DNA of 64,000 nt from Amoebophrya sp. A120. Its lineage: Eukaryota; Protista; Dinoflagellata. Within the stretch, counting starts at the first letter, position 1; each line of letters opens with the position of its first letter. Under the pieces are notes generated by a model. That model made no database searches and had not been told where the DNA came from. It saw only the letters and a list, made by a program, of their open reading frames with translations. Below are positions 35,992-47,781 of the stretch, one piece after another. Made by a program: the position numbers and the translations under genes. The stretch spans positions 14,157,265 through 14,221,264 of the forward strand of contig CAJINV010000001.1 in NCBI GenBank assembly GCA_905178155.1, written 5' to 3'.

Positions 35992-38900
35992 TCACTTTTT
36001 CTTTTGCGCTGGTGGTTTCTTCCTCGGAGGAAAAATCGGCTTCGGTATTCCTGCGTTGGCTTTGGAACAATCCTCCGTGACATTCTGTTTAGCGGAACCA
36101 GTTGACCGCGCTTCCCCATTTTGCGAACTTGGTTCCGGAGCACCAGACGCTTTCGCTTTCGCTCTAGCTTTCGACTTGGCCTTGCTCTTCGCTTTCGCGC
36201 TCTGCTTCGGCGCCGCGGACCTCGAAGCAGCTTCATTGCCGTTTCCGCTCTCACTTTCTTGATTGATGTTCAGCGGAACGGTATTTTCTTGTTGCGGTTC
36301 GGGGACGGCCTCAGGGCGGGGCGAAGACCTCACTAGTTCTTCTTCCTCGCCCTCACTATCTAGATCAATAAGCAGTGTGTCTGCGACCACGCCCCCTGAA
36401 CTCGCTTTTGCCTTGCCTTTCGCTTTCCCTTTTGCTTTTTGCTTCGCGCCGACCGCCTTTGCTTTTTTGTTCTTCTTGGAAGCTGCTATGGCGAGATCCG
36501 AGCTGGTAGTTTTTTGCAGTAGCGCAAACACGTCCTCTTTTCCACCGGGATTGTTTGCTGCCGTTCCTGGTCCGCCCGCGACCGATGATCCTGCAGCAGT
36601 GCCTTGCCGCTTATGATTTCCAGAGTCGTCCTCCAAAAACTCCACCTCGCCTTGCGTAGCAGGAGCTGCTTCCACCTCTTCCACGTCGTCCCCGTTGGCC
36701 TTGCGCATCCTGCGGATCGCGAGTTGCAAGCGCTTGCTGCGGACCATGGCGATGGGCTGTTCGTCTTCAAACGTGAAGAATTCCTTCAGGTAGTCCTCCT
36801 GCCGGCGTTGCTGCTGCATCTCGTTCAAGCGCGTGATGTCCAGCGTCCGCAAGACTAACGCATCGGTCATGTAGCGCCCCACGATGGTCGTGATCCGGTC
36901 GACATCCACACCGCCCCAGACGAATTTCTCCTTGCTGTGATCCACCACCGGGTGCTGAAACGCGTTCCAGACCTCGACTGAAGGAAAATCCGGCGGAAAC
37001 ACCCAGTACGGTCGCAGCGCGCGGTGCTTCTTGTGGAAATCTGCGGGAATCTTCGCCGCATCGAAATACTCCTTGTTGTCGAAATTTGCGACGTCCTGGG
37101 CCCATTCTTTCAAGTGACGCAGCTCGGTCAGCCAGTCAAAAGCTACGCCTGAGGACGACGAAGTCCCCGCGGCAGTTTGAAGATGTTGATCGACTTCGGG
37201 GATTATACCTGAAGTAGAGGCGCTTGAAGATGAAGCCACCTGCAGCGCGCCACCGTTCTGATTCGACGCTGTCTGCTCCTCCACGAACCTCTTCGCCCCG
37301 AAGGCCTGCAAAATCTCCAGTGCGTTCACGATCCCGATGCCCTTCACGCCGACGGTGTAGTCGCAGCCGAGCAGCATGGCCAATGCGATCAGGTCGTCGT
37401 AGGCCAGACCCAAATGCTGTGAAATGTTGAAGCTGGTGTACTTCTCGGCGTCGCCCTTGCTGCTGAACAGGTGGCGGTAGACCCGGGTGGACCCGGATTT
37501 TGCGGAGAACACCACCACGTCGCTGTCGTCCGAAACAACGCACTGTGCCAGCTTGGATTCCACCAGAAACGCGCACTGAGCCTCCGCCTCCGAGGGCGCT
37601 TCCACGTAGGGCACGCCGAAGGCGTAAAGGAGCTTTTTGATGTCGTCATACATGTCCTGACTGATAAACTCCTCGTCCCGTTTGGCTTTGTGGAGCTCCG
37701 CGCGCAGATCCGAAACCAAGTTGTCCGCGTTTACGCCCGGGCCGCTCGCTTTTCCGAAAACTTCATCCACCGCGGCCTCCAGATTTTCCAGCTCCTTCGC
37801 TGTTTTGATGTTTTTCCCGTCATTTGTTGTTGTTCCGGGATCTGCAGCTGCATGATTCCCTCCTGCAGCGGAGTTTTGGTTGCTCGAAGTATGCTGTGCT
37901 GCACTAGCTCCAAAACCTGTGCCGAAGGCTGGGAACTTGCCGAAAGAGAAGCTACTTGAGGCTGTTGTTGTATTTGCGCCAAAACCTCCTGTGCCAAAGC
38001 TGCCGAATCCCGTACTCGTTGAGGTACCTGCAGCTGCGAATTGGGAAGGATCAAACACCTTGAAGGCTGAAAATTGCGAAGACCCTGCGGACACGAATTG
38101 ACTCGTGGACGTCGCAACCGCGTTCGAGATGGAAAACTGCGACTTGTTCAACGAGAGTTGGGAAGTATTCTGATTTTCCGCTACTTGAGCAGCCGTAGAA
38201 GAACTGGGCTGATTTTCTGCCGTTGCTGTGCCAGTAGATGTGCTAGTGGTTACATTTGCATCGCCGTCTTTGATCTTGTTTTCGGCTGCTTCGTTCGCGT
38301 GCTTTACGGCGCTTTCACTTGCTGCGTCCGGTGCAGCGATCAATTCCTTTTGCTTTTTCTCCGGCTGCTCAACTGCATAATTTTCGTCCACGTTTATGTC
38401 GTTTTCCACCTGAAGCTGAGTTTGCACTTTCTCCTCCACCTGAAGCTTTTGATTTTTTTCGAAAAGGTCCCCGGGAACTGAAAACTGTGCGGGCGAGAAG
38501 TCTTTCTGTCCAAGTCCCTGTGCGGGAGCTCCCTCGTCCGTATTTTTCTCCATCACTATTTCGTTTATGCTCTGGTCATCGACGGCCTTTACTCCTTCCG
38601 CATTGTTCGGCTGTTCGCCAAACTTGTTCTTGTTGTTCAGCTCACTATTCATTTCCTTTTCCGGATTGTTCCCGTCGATATCTTTATCTTCTTCAATCTT
38701 GCCCAGAATGACAAAAGCCGACAACGACATGCTGCTACTTGAGCGTGCGTGCCTCGTCCTTCCGGCGTCTGCTTGCGATTGCAAGGGTCCATCTTCTCCT
38801 TCTTCTGGAAACTCATTCTTCGAAGGTGACGACTCGAGGCGGCAGCTCTCCATCGTGGCATTTTCTTGCTGAGACACTAGTCTGTCTGGTAGAAGAGGAT

Positions 38901-41727
38901 CCCGCGATGCGTTCTCTTCGACGCCACCACCTGCATGTGCCGGCAGCTCCACGAAATTTTCATCGTCTTCCACATCAACTGAAGCCTGGCTTTTCCTCGC
39001 CGGTCCCGTTTCGTCTTCGTCAAAAAACGCGCCGAAGAGTGGGTCGTCTTCCTCAAGGATGACATTTTCTACTTTCTGATGCAAAGAGGCCCGCCGCCGC
39101 GACGCATCCGAAGAGCCACTGCTCCTTCTACGCTTTTGATCCACCTGATCTTGCTCGTCCCAAAGATCCAGGTCCGCACCCAGAAGAGCGTCGTCGTGGA
39201 TGTCCTCCTCATTTTTCGATGAGTGGTCCTTCTTCAAAGACGAGACTTTCCTTCGTTTGTGATGATCATTTCCATCGCTGCTCTCGTCCTCGTCCTGCTC
39301 AAAAAGCGTGTCGTTCCACATGCTAGAGGACAAAGCCGTCGCACTACCGTGAAAAAACGCGTCCGTACTTGCAGCGGAGCCGGACTCCAGCCTTCGGCGC
39401 TTCATCGAGCTGCTTATGTGGTGTCCTGCAGTTGGCGTCGACACGTCCGCCGTCGTAGCATCGTCCAGACGAAGCATTTGCGAAACATTCATACTGGAAA
39501 AAGTCATGGTAGAGGTCTCGTCCTGACCGTAGCAGACCGCCTGCTGGTACTTGTTTCGCTTGTTGTTTTTTGCGTTCGTAACTGCTTGCTCCCCTGTTTG
39601 GGTCTTTGCTGCGGTACTGGCGGAAGCAGAACTTGCATGGTTCGCATTCTCCATCCTCATGTCTTCTATGTCCAGCTCCAAATCTAGGTCGGCAGCTCCT
39701 TTTTTCCCTCCCTTTTCCTTTCCTTTTCCCTTCTTCCCTGAGCCTGACGCTGCTGGTCCGCCAGCTTTCGAATTCACACCTTGCTGCTCGCGCGGATCGT
39801 TTCGCCAAAAGAAATTCTTTTTTTTGTTCTGATTCGGAGAAGATGCCTCGGCTTTTCCGCCACCGCCCTTCATCTTTCCTTTTCCTTTCGACCCCTTTCC
39901 GCCACCCCGGAGTGTGGATGCAAACCCTGCCGCAATCGGGCGAAGCTTCAGCCAACTGGCCAGGTTGCCGGCATTTTCCCCCGTGGTTTCCCCCGCGTGC
40001 TGGCTAGTAATACCCGTGCTCTCCCCCAAGAGTCCAGGAGCTGCTGCGCTACCACTCAGTGTCAAACCGCTGGAAGCCGCGCTGCTCGAAAGCCCGGCTC
40101 CGTGCTTTGCTGAAGAACTACTGGAGCCTCCCGCGGCGCGCGCTTTCGCAAGCTCAAGTTTTGTCTCTTCGAGTAGTTTGTTGGTCCGGATGTGGCGGTA
40201 AAAAGTTTCCAGCTGCACGTTCGAAAAGGCTTCCCGCGCGTGGCGGCACTCCATGGCTTTCACCCGGGTTTCCGTCATCCAGGCATCGATCAAATTCGTC
40301 AGCGTTTCGTACCGTTTCATCGGGTCAAGCTTGTCGAAGACTTCCGGGTCGATCAGCGTGCCGAGCGGCAGGGTTACCAGGCGCTTCTTCCCGTCCGGGC
40401 CCTCGATTTCGTACCCTTTGCTGTCCCCCTGTTGGTGCTGAACCACATTTTGCGGCATTTTCAACAGGTACTTTTTCAGCTGTTCGTCCGAAATTTGGAC
40501 GTCGTGTGAAGATTGGGGCTGCGCTGCGGACGATGAGGAACCGTTATTACCACCGTTCTTGACACTCGACGTGTAGGACAGGTTTGCCTGACCGACGGAC
40601 ACGCCAAGTCCGTACCCGCGCTGCTTTTTCCGGCGCTCCCACGCGAGGTCGGACACCTGCTCGAGCTCCAGGTCCTCCTCCTCCTCGTCGTCGTCCTCGT
40701 GCATATTTTCCGAGTGACTCTTTCCACCTTGTTGGCGGTTTAATTTCGAGTCAAACGACTCCCCGAAGTTCATTTCGTCCTGGCTGTCATGGTCATCCTC
40801 AGCGATAAGAAGCTCGCGGTCGTCCCGTTTCGCATTGAAGTTCTGCTGCTGCCTTTGTCTAGCTGTACCTGCCGCGGCGCCTGTGGTCGTTCTTGAAGAA
40901 CCCGATTTCCCGGTCGCAGTAGTGGCGCTACTGGATGCGGAACCGAGGCCGTTCATCGACGCGTTGCCGTTGTTTCCGCTGGGCTTCTTTTTCTTGCTGC
41001 TTTCGAGTGCCAAGAGTTTGTTGCTTCTTTCCTGCCGTTCCTTTTTCTTCTGCGCATTGCGTGCGGCCTTCGCGTTTCTCTTTTTCGTCGCCGGGCTGAG
41101 GTCATCTGCCAACAGGTCGTCTTCCTCGTCCTCGACCGAAGACGAATTCTCAGACGAAGAAGACTCTGCGCCGTCACCTTGGGTGGCAGAAGGCAGTAGA
41201 AGTTGTTTTGTCCCTGTCCCAGCAGTAACCCCAGATGAACTCGGGGCGGCACCATCTCCAGTTCTTCCAGATCTTTTGTCGTTTTCACCTCCTTCTCTTC
41301 CCTTTCGCGCATCACCGTCCACATCGCCGTCCCCGTCTTCCGCACTGCTTTTGATTTCCTCTTCTTGGCGTAACACTTCCTCGCGCAGGAGGTTGCGGAA
41401 CAACTTTTCCGTGACCTTCTGCAGATTCAAGCCCCCTTGCTCCCGTTGCAGGCGCCGTTGGTTCAAGGTGCGCTTCTTCACCTCTGGGGGCGGTCCGTCG
41501 AATACGAAGATGGGCTTGATTCCGAGGTGCAACAACCGCACGATGCGGCGGAAGAAACCGAGAATGTGCGCACCGTCTACCATGTTGCCCTCCTGGTCGC
41601 GGATGGCCTTCACGAAGTGGAACATCCAGATGGACGCGTCCACGGCGACGGTTTGGTGGCGCAGGCTCTTCAGGTCGCAGGTCGTACCTGCAGGGGACAG
41701 TAGGTCCCACAATCCGTGTACGCCCAT
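35992..41727 (-). CDS. ERCC5: XPG/RAD2 structure-specific DNA repair endonuclease
   Basis: N-domain MGVHGLW...VAVDASIW...HILGFFRRI...KPIFVFDG; I-domain EAPSEAEAQCA...SDDSD...LLGCDYTVGVKGIG; long spacer typical of XPG. Single 1911-aa ORF. Confidence 0.93.
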   Translation of the reverse strand: MGVHGLWDLLSPAGTTCDLKSLRHQTVAVDASIWMFHFVKAIRDQEGNMVDGAHILGFFRRIVRLLHLGIKPIFVFDGPPPEVKKRTLNQRRLQREQGGLNLQKVTEKLFRNLLREEVLRQEEEIKSSAEDGDGDVDGDARKGREGGENDKRSGRTGDGAAPSSSGVTAGTGTKQLLLPSATQGDGAESSSSENSSSVEDEEDDLLADDLSPATKKRNAKAARNAQKKKERQERSNKLLALESSKKKKPSGNNGNASMNGLGSASSSATTATGKSGSSRTTTGAAAGTARQRQQQNFNAKRDDRELLIAEDDHDSQDEMNFGESFDSKLNRQQGGKSHSENMHEDDDEEEEDLELEQVSDLAWERRKKQRGYGLGVSVGQANLSYTSSVKNGGNNGSSSSAAQPQSSHDVQISDEQLKKYLLKMPQNVVQHQQGDSKGYEIEGPDGKKRLVTLPLGTLIDPEVFDKLDPMKRYETLTNLIDAWMTETRVKAMECRHAREAFSNVQLETFYRHIRTNKLLEETKLELAKARAAGGSSSSSAKHGAGLSSSAASSGLTLSGSAAAPGLLGESTGITSQHAGETTGENAGNLASWLKLRPIAAGFASTLRGGGKGSKGKGKMKGGGGKAEASSPNQNKKKNFFWRNDPREQQGVNSKAGGPAASGSGKKGKGKEKGGKKGAADLDLELDIEDMRMENANHASSASASTAAKTQTGEQAVTNAKNNKRNKYQQAVCYGQDETSTMTFSSMNVSQMLRLDDATTADVSTPTAGHHISSSMKRRRLESGSAASTDAFFHGSATALSSSMWNDTLFEQDEDESSDGNDHHKRRKVSSLKKDHSSKNEEDIHDDALLGADLDLWDEQDQVDQKRRRSSGSSDASRRRASLHQKVENVILEEDDPLFGAFFDEDETGPARKSQASVDVEDDENFVELPAHAGGGVEENASRDPLLPDRLVSQQENATMESCRLESSPSKNEFPEEGEDGPLQSQADAGRTRHARSSSSMSLSAFVILGKIEEDKDIDGNNPEKEMNSELNNKNKFGEQPNNAEGVKAVDDQSINEIVMEKNTDEGAPAQGLGQKDFSPAQFSVPGDLFEKNQKLQVEEKVQTQLQVENDINVDENYAVEQPEKKQKELIAAPDAASESAVKHANEAAENKIKDGDANVTTSTSTGTATAENQPSSSTAAQVAENQNTSQLSLNKSQFSISNAVATSTSQFVSAGSSQFSAFKVFDPSQFAAAGTSTSTGFGSFGTGGFGANTTTASSSFSFGKFPAFGTGFGASAAQHTSSNQNSAAGGNHAAADPGTTTNDGKNIKTAKELENLEAAVDEVFGKASGPGVNADNLVSDLRAELHKAKRDEEFISQDMYDDIKKLLYAFGVPYVEAPSEAEAQCAFLVESKLAQCVVSDDSDVVVFSAKSGSTRVYRHLFSSKGDAEKYTSFNISQHLGLAYDDLIALAMLLGCDYTVGVKGIGIVNALEILQAFGAKRFVEEQTASNQNGGALQVASSSSASTSGIIPEVDQHLQTAAGTSSSSGVAFDWLTELRHLKEWAQDVANFDNKEYFDAAKIPADFHKKHRALRPYWVFPPDFPSVEVWNAFQHPVVDHSKEKFVWGGVDVDRITTIVGRYMTDALVLRTLDITRLNEMQQQRRQEDYLKEFFTFEDEQPIAMVRSKRLQLAIRRMRKANGDDVEEVEAAPATQGEVEFLEDDSGNHKRQGTAAGSSVAGGPGTAANNPGGKEDVFALLQKTTSSDLAIAASKKNKKAKAVGAKQKAKGKAKGKAKASSGGVVADTLLIDLDSEGEEEELVRSSPRPEAVPEPQQENTVPLNINQESESGNGNEAASRSAAPKQSAKAKSKAKSKARAKAKASGAPEPSSQNGEARSTGSAKQNVTEDCSKANAGIPKPIFPPRKKPPAQKKK

Positions 41728-42538
41728 CGTGAACGAACAAGCTCAAGCAGCTTTTGGGTTAGATTTCTTGGAGAAGGCCACGCCTACCCACGACGTTTTA
41801 GCTTCTGAGACCCGGCGGAGATAAATAAAGCCTGGGACGACGACCACTTCTACTCTTGCCGCTTGCTCATTGACCTTCGCGATCATAATAGAGTTTCGCC
41901 GAGAAACAGTGTCGGATCGAAAAAGAGTGCGGGGTTAGAGGTAGTGGGTGATCGTCCACCAACTACATCTCCGTGCCTCTGTGCCTGATTCGTGTTGTGC
42001 TGTTCGTGTTCGTCCATTATCCACATTCCGAAGTCTAAAAGCCGGAAACTAAAGAAGACGAGGTACCTCGTCAGCAAAATGTAAATCAGGAGCCGGCGAG
42101 CGGATATCATTCTACAGTGGCAGCTGTAAACATATATATAAAAGGCTGCAGACCTCTAGCTCTAGAAAGAGCCATATTACATTTACATCGTATTACAGGG
42201 AGCTGGTGGTCGGATACTTTGACTTTCGGTTCATAAAAGTAGGGGGTCCTGGTTTTGAATTGCAACAACACAAGCAAAAGCGATATGATCATGTGTACGA
42301 TGTTATCTTAAGACTTGTCGAAAAAAAAGAGCAAGAATCAAACGTGATCTCGGTTTGGCCAAAGCAAAACTCATCTCGTCGACAGCATGTGTAATTTGCT
42401 TTTCCCTTTGCGTAGTCTCTCGTTTTTTGGGCTGCGTAGCTTCAACCCTCGAGACAGAGGCACAATAAAGAACGCGGATTTTCATTTATTTCGTTTCTTT
42501 TTTGCAACACGCATGAGATTACTTTGCTTTACGACTGC

Positions 42539-43039
42539 TCACAGACGCCGCCCTGTCGCGGGATCGACAACGTAACCATCTCTGTCTTTGTGTACCACCG
42601 TTATTTTTCTTGGCCAGATTCGCTGCATCATGATTGCGATCACAAGCGTTCCAAACATACCCGCAAAAATCATTGCCACCGGATTGCTGGTCGTTGGCCT
42701 AGTACCTCCAAATGGATGCTGCGACATAGCGGGAGGCGCTTGCGACGAGTCATACATAGCGGCCGGCGGTGGCGGAGTTGCGGGCGGTGGGGGTGTTGAG
42801 TTTGCTCTGGCACTGGTCTGCCCCGACTGCCTCGCAGCTTTTTTTCCATAGTTGGGCGACGCGGCCGCCTTTTTTTGGCTGCTGAGCGTCCGTTTATTCA
42901 GGACAGAATGGCATGACTTTTGCAGACGTCGACATATGAGAAATCGAGTCTCGTCACAAGTGGAGCTAGGTGAAACTGCTGGTGAGGCGACAACTCGCGT
43001 GCTCGTTCTGCTGCAAAGACGAACGCCCACGCCCAACAT
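42539..43039 (-). CDS. Small single-pass membrane protein, possible mitochondrial presequence
   Basis: Likely start MLGVGVRLCSRTSTRV (Arg/Ser-rich), Pro-rich linker, TM segment PVAMIFAGMFGTLVIAIMM. Confidence 0.55.
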   Translation of the reverse strand: MLGVGVRLCSRTSTRVVASPAVSPSSTCDETRFLICRRLQKSCHSVLNKRTLSSQKKAAASPNYGKKAARQSGQTSARANSTPPPPATPPPPAAMYDSSQAPPAMSQHPFGGTRPTTSNPVAMIFAGMFGTLVIAIMMQRIWPRKITVVHKDRDGYVVDPATGRRL

Positions 43040-43608
43040 GGCGCCGATACTACGCTCACAAACAATCAGGAGCTGTGCGGAAGACAAGTAGCGAATAAAG
43101 AATGAATGACGTTGAGTCCTCTGTGAGGGCGATATCTGAATTTCAATCTGATTCTGAGTGGATAGAACTACCGGGTCACTATAATCTGATTCGTGACGCG
43201 AAATGGGGTCGCTGTTTGTGCATTGCATCGAATGTCATCTGTGCCAGAAAGAACCTTCAGCGTTCGCGGTGCTTGATCAGTGGCAAAAACATCAGTATCA
43301 ACAACAAGTTAGTAGGAACACTCCTGCCATGACAACAAGAAAAATGCCGTTAACACGAAGTATGATCAGACGCAGGTCGTGCGTGCCGTGGCTGCGGCAG
43401 AGTAAATACTTACTGAAAGGCCGGAGTCGCTGTGACTTCGCATGCAGTCCTCGTCTGTGCGCTTTTTTACTTGTCAATCGTGAACAATGATGTATGTTGA
43501 TGCTATCACAGGGACAGGGGACTCACTGATTCCAAAGCGCTTTCGCTTGTCTGCGACGTCTTGCGGACGCGGAGATGATGTCTCCACAAAAACACAGTTG
43601 ATGAGTTT

Positions 43609-44562
43609 CTACACAATCGCGTCCAGGGCTAGCAGCACAAAAGCTGCAAGCACGAACCAGCACATGAGGTAAAACTGGTAGGCGCTTGACCTGTCTTTGG
43701 CCTTGAGAAACTCGGCGGAAGCGGCTTCGACATTTGCGGTGGCCTGGACACCGTGGTCCATGATTTGATCCAGTTGCACATCCTGCTGGTCAACGTGCTG
43801 CATCATCAGCGTGACGGTGCTCTGGATTGCCTGCAACTTGCGGCTCACGTCCGTCGTGCGTTCGCGCTCGCGTTCTACCAACTGCAGAAACGACTGCGCT
43901 TCCTGATCAAGATTCTGTTGCGCACCAGAGGCGTCATTACCTGACGACTGTATGTCCGCGAACGGAATCGCCGCGCTGGCACCGCTCGAACCGCGGTGAA
44001 GCCAGGCACTCCGTGGACTGATCATCGCCCCCTCAGACAAATTATTCTTCCCCCGGCTGCTGTTGGTCCCGCCCGCATTGGATGGCGACAAGGCAGAAGT
44101 ATGGACCACTTTCGTCGCCTGCAGTTCCGCCGGCTTCTGGAAAAAATCCTGCTTTTCCATTTGTCGCTGCAGTCGCCGGTGCTCCTGCCGTGTGTGCTTT
44201 TGCTCGTGTTCGCGCGCAAGCTGCCGCAGTACCGCCAGAACATTGTCGACCAGGTCCGGCGGGAGTTTTTTCTCACCGTGGTAGAGCGCGCCTGCTGTTG
44301 AACTTGAGGAGGGGGACGCTCCTGTCGTGATCTTCGATGGATTACATAATCCTACTACCAGTTCCCTCGCGTGGTCTAGTTCGTCTATTTGCTGCTTGAG
44401 AGATCCGACAGCCGCCACCGAGTCTGCGGTTCCGAGTTTTCGCCTGACCTGCAGCGTTCGCGCTATCCAGGGGTGCTTCGCGGGAGCAGAACTCGACTTG
44501 CTCGTACCGGACCGGTTTGCCGCTATCCCAGCAATGCGGCAGTACTCGCGCGAGCGATCCAT
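43609..44562 (-). CDS. Qa-SNARE, syntaxin-18/SYP81-like
   Basis: N-terminal MDRSREY; SNARE heptads around QHVDQQDVQLDQI...ANVEAASAEFLKA; C-terminal TM ending LLALD. Confidence 0.8.
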   Translation of the reverse strand: MDRSREYCRIAGIAANRSGTSKSSSAPAKHPWIARTLQVRRKLGTADSVAAVGSLKQQIDELDHARELVVGLCNPSKITTGASPSSSSTAGALYHGEKKLPPDLVDNVLAVLRQLAREHEQKHTRQEHRRLQRQMEKQDFFQKPAELQATKVVHTSALSPSNAGGTNSSRGKNNLSEGAMISPRSAWLHRGSSGASAAIPFADIQSSGNDASGAQQNLDQEAQSFLQLVERERERTTDVSRKLQAIQSTVTLMMQHVDQQDVQLDQIMDHGVQATANVEAASAEFLKAKDRSSAYQFYLMCWFVLAAFVLLALDAIV

Positions 44563-45157
44563 GACTTGGCGTGTGTGTACGTGTGACTGCTTAGGAAGAT
44601 TAGGGCAAGAATCTTGTTTCATCTGAACTACGTTTACGTTATCTCAATCTCAAACAACTACACGTAGTACAAGTTAGTACTTACTTTCTTGCCGTAATGT
44701 AATCCCTGATCGCGGCGGCCGGCCCCGGCCTCTGAAAAAATCAAATTGAAACGTTTACTCGACTTCTGTTTGCGGTCATCTACGTGACTACAACCATTAG
44801 CAGCGTGAACTACATGTTGAGTACAAAGTGTAGAGGTGATACAGGTCGTGGCAGCAGCTCATAGGATCATTGATCAAGAGGCTTTCATCTGCATGGAGTA
44901 GCCTTCGTGTAGTTCTAGTTCGTCGGCTGAACACGTTCTTCTAAATCGTTCGCTTTCAACACCTTGTTCGGGCGCACGTTGCATCTGTCGCTGTTGTAGA
45001 GAGCATGGCCGCTGTCTTTGCTACATTCAAAGAAGGATCTTTATCGTCTTTCGTCTTCGCGATCGTGAGGGCAAACGAAAACAATGCTCCATGGAAAGAT
45101 CGGCATCGGGTCTATCGAAACAATGTGAAAAGTCGCACTAGTAGTTGTACAACTTAG

Positions 45158-47172
45158 TTATTCCGCGGGCTGTTTTCCCGGGACGAGTCGCAGAACGTAC
45201 TTGCAAAGTAACGGCATGCAGTACACACTGCCGTCCGCACCAAAAACGCCGCCTTCCCACTTGTTGTTGCCCTCGCGCACGAAGCTTGCGCCCGGACAGG
45301 GGTCGGGAATCTGCACCACGGAAGTTTGGTCGGTCACCGTGCAGATCCGCAGCATCGTCTCGGCCTTCAGGGGGATGCCGTAGATGCAACCGTCTTTCTT
45401 CGAGAAAAAACCGTTCTGCCACTTGTTTTGCACCTTCTTGCCGCACTTTTCATGCAGCGACTCGCCGACCAGTTTCAGCGTGACGATGGTGTTGTTCTCG
45501 GCAAACTCGTGCTGCGAAAGAATCGTAACCCAAGGTTGATCAACATTCCCTTTGTTCTCGGTGGGCGAGGTATGCGCTTGATCAGCTACTGCAGGGGCTT
45601 GTGACGAGGAACTTGCTCCTTTCCTCTGGGAAATTTCGATCTTCAAGACTCGATCCGCGTCTCCAGCGATGCAATACACGTTTCCGGCACCGTCCGTCAC
45701 GCCGCCGAGAAATTTGTACTTGCCGTCGTCGCGGTGCCGTCCTCCCGGAATGTTGGCGCCGATTTCGCAGACGGACAAGGTCTGCGGGTCGATTCGCAGC
45801 ACGGTGTCGTTGTTGTTGGGAATCCCGTAAATGCACCCGTCGGCACTGGAAAAGTTGCCGCCGTGCCACTTCCAGCCGCTTTTGCCGAGGTCCGGACCAA
45901 TCAGGGAAACCGATTCGGTTTTCGGACAAATGCGCAACACCCGACTGCTGTTCTGCGGGATTGCGTACATACTGCCATCAAGGGCCATCTGCCCGCCGTA
46001 CCACTTCGCAGCGTCTGTTGTGATCAGATATATCTTGATTGATTTTGATGCTGGTGCTGCACTCGCACAAGCTACAAGGAATCAGATGGACTGCATGTTA
46101 GTAGAAGAACAAAAAAACTATATAGTAGGTGGTCGTTGCGTTAAGGAAGGTGTTCGTAGATTCAGACTCTTCGACAAACGTGTCCGCTCTATACAGCAGT
46201 ACCTTGTGTCAGGAGGTCTTTGTCGCCGAACATGGTAATCTCCCCGTTCTTCTGGATGTCGATCTTCAGCACCTGGTCTGCGTTGCAGGGCACACCGTAA
46301 ATGTTTCCATCCTGTCCAAGAATTCCCCCGTGCCACTTCCAGATCCCCTTCATCGGCCCGCTGTCGGGGTAGAGCTGCTCCACCTCGTTGTACCTTTCCC
46401 GGTGCTGATTCGTTTTGGACGTGAAAATGCGCAACACGGACTCCCCGTGACTCGGGATGCCGTAAACGCACCCGTCGCTGGCCAGCACGCCGCGAAGCCA
46501 CTTGAATTCCCCGTCGAAGGGGCCGCCGAGCAGGCTGGTTTCCCCCGTGTCTGGGTCGATCTTCAGGACCTGCTTTGCGTGTCCCGGAATACCGTAGATG
46601 CAGTTGTCAGCGCCGAGAGACCCGCCGAGGAATTTTTCCTTGCCGCGCAGCGGCGCGTGGACGTCGAGCAGCTCAGCGTAAGGGTGACCGGCCTTTTTCA
46701 GCGCTTCGTCACAGACATTGGTAATGTTCTTCCGCGGGCTTAGCTTTTCGGTGCAGGAGCTGCTAGCGGATGCCGCCGAGTTTGCGGACGGAGAGCTGGA
46801 AATTTTACCGTCTCCATTACCGTTTCCTGTTGCCTGCCGGTCATAAAAAAGCTCGCGTTTATCTCCTCGCTCCTGCCTTTCACTTTCTGCGCCGCGCTGC
46901 TCCACGCGCAGCAGCTCCCTCGCTCTTCGCTTCACCTCGTTCTTACTTAGTTTTCTTGCCGGCGCTCCTGCTGCGTCCTCATATTCGGCAGCCGCCACGT
47001 CGGCCATAAGCTCTCGAAGACGGATGTTCCAGCTACAGGACTGGAGGTCGATCGTGTTTGACAGGGTAGTTCGTGCGTTTTCTCCAACTTTTAGCGCGGT
47101 CGCAGAACCATGCCGTGGCGACAGTACACCGGGCTGCTCAGCCAAAAATTCAATTCCACCAGGATTCGGCAT
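45158..47172 (-). CDS. Beta-propeller repeat protein (KW-GG...DG-IYGIP...VLKIDP repeats)
   Basis: About 8 repeats such as KWLRGVLASDGCVYGIPSHGESVLRI. GT-AG intron 46015-46202 joins the two ORFs. The start may be 47172 or 47007. Confidence 0.8.
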
Positions 47173-47781
47173 TTTTGGAAAAATATGAAAACGATAAGCG
47201 CGCAATCGTAAAAACTTACTTAAAAACAAGCTGAGTTGTGACTACACCAATAGCCAGTGACGTTGAAACGAAAAAAGTGCGCGGGCAATCCTGGCGTAGA
47301 TCTCAACATAAGTCGCTTTTTATATATTCAATCGCGCAGCGGCAGCTCGTGTTCCAGATCTATGTCCCATCGAGAGCAGATCTAGATTAGAGTATGAGGG
47401 TCCAGGAGTACGATCTTGATGTAAAGGGCAGCATGGTAATCGTGATTATCTTCATCAATGGTAGAGGTGGATCAGCGGACAGTGGCTGACCAGTTTCCGT
47501 TTTGCATTTTTCTTTCGACAACACACCACCATGAACACGCAGCGGTCGACGAGGGGGTTTGATCTAGCGCGGCCGGTCATAAATGGATCATCGTTACTTT
47601 CTGTCGATGTGTAGAGATCTGATTCTGCGCGATGGATTCTTTGGCGTGGATTTTAAAAAATCTAGGGGTCGTGGGGTAAGACTTTCTTTCTATGCGTTTT
47701 TGCTTCACAATCAAGATCAAGAAGAACAATTCACAGGGTAGAACAGGGGATCTTCGTCGTGCAAGATGAGCATTTATTAGT

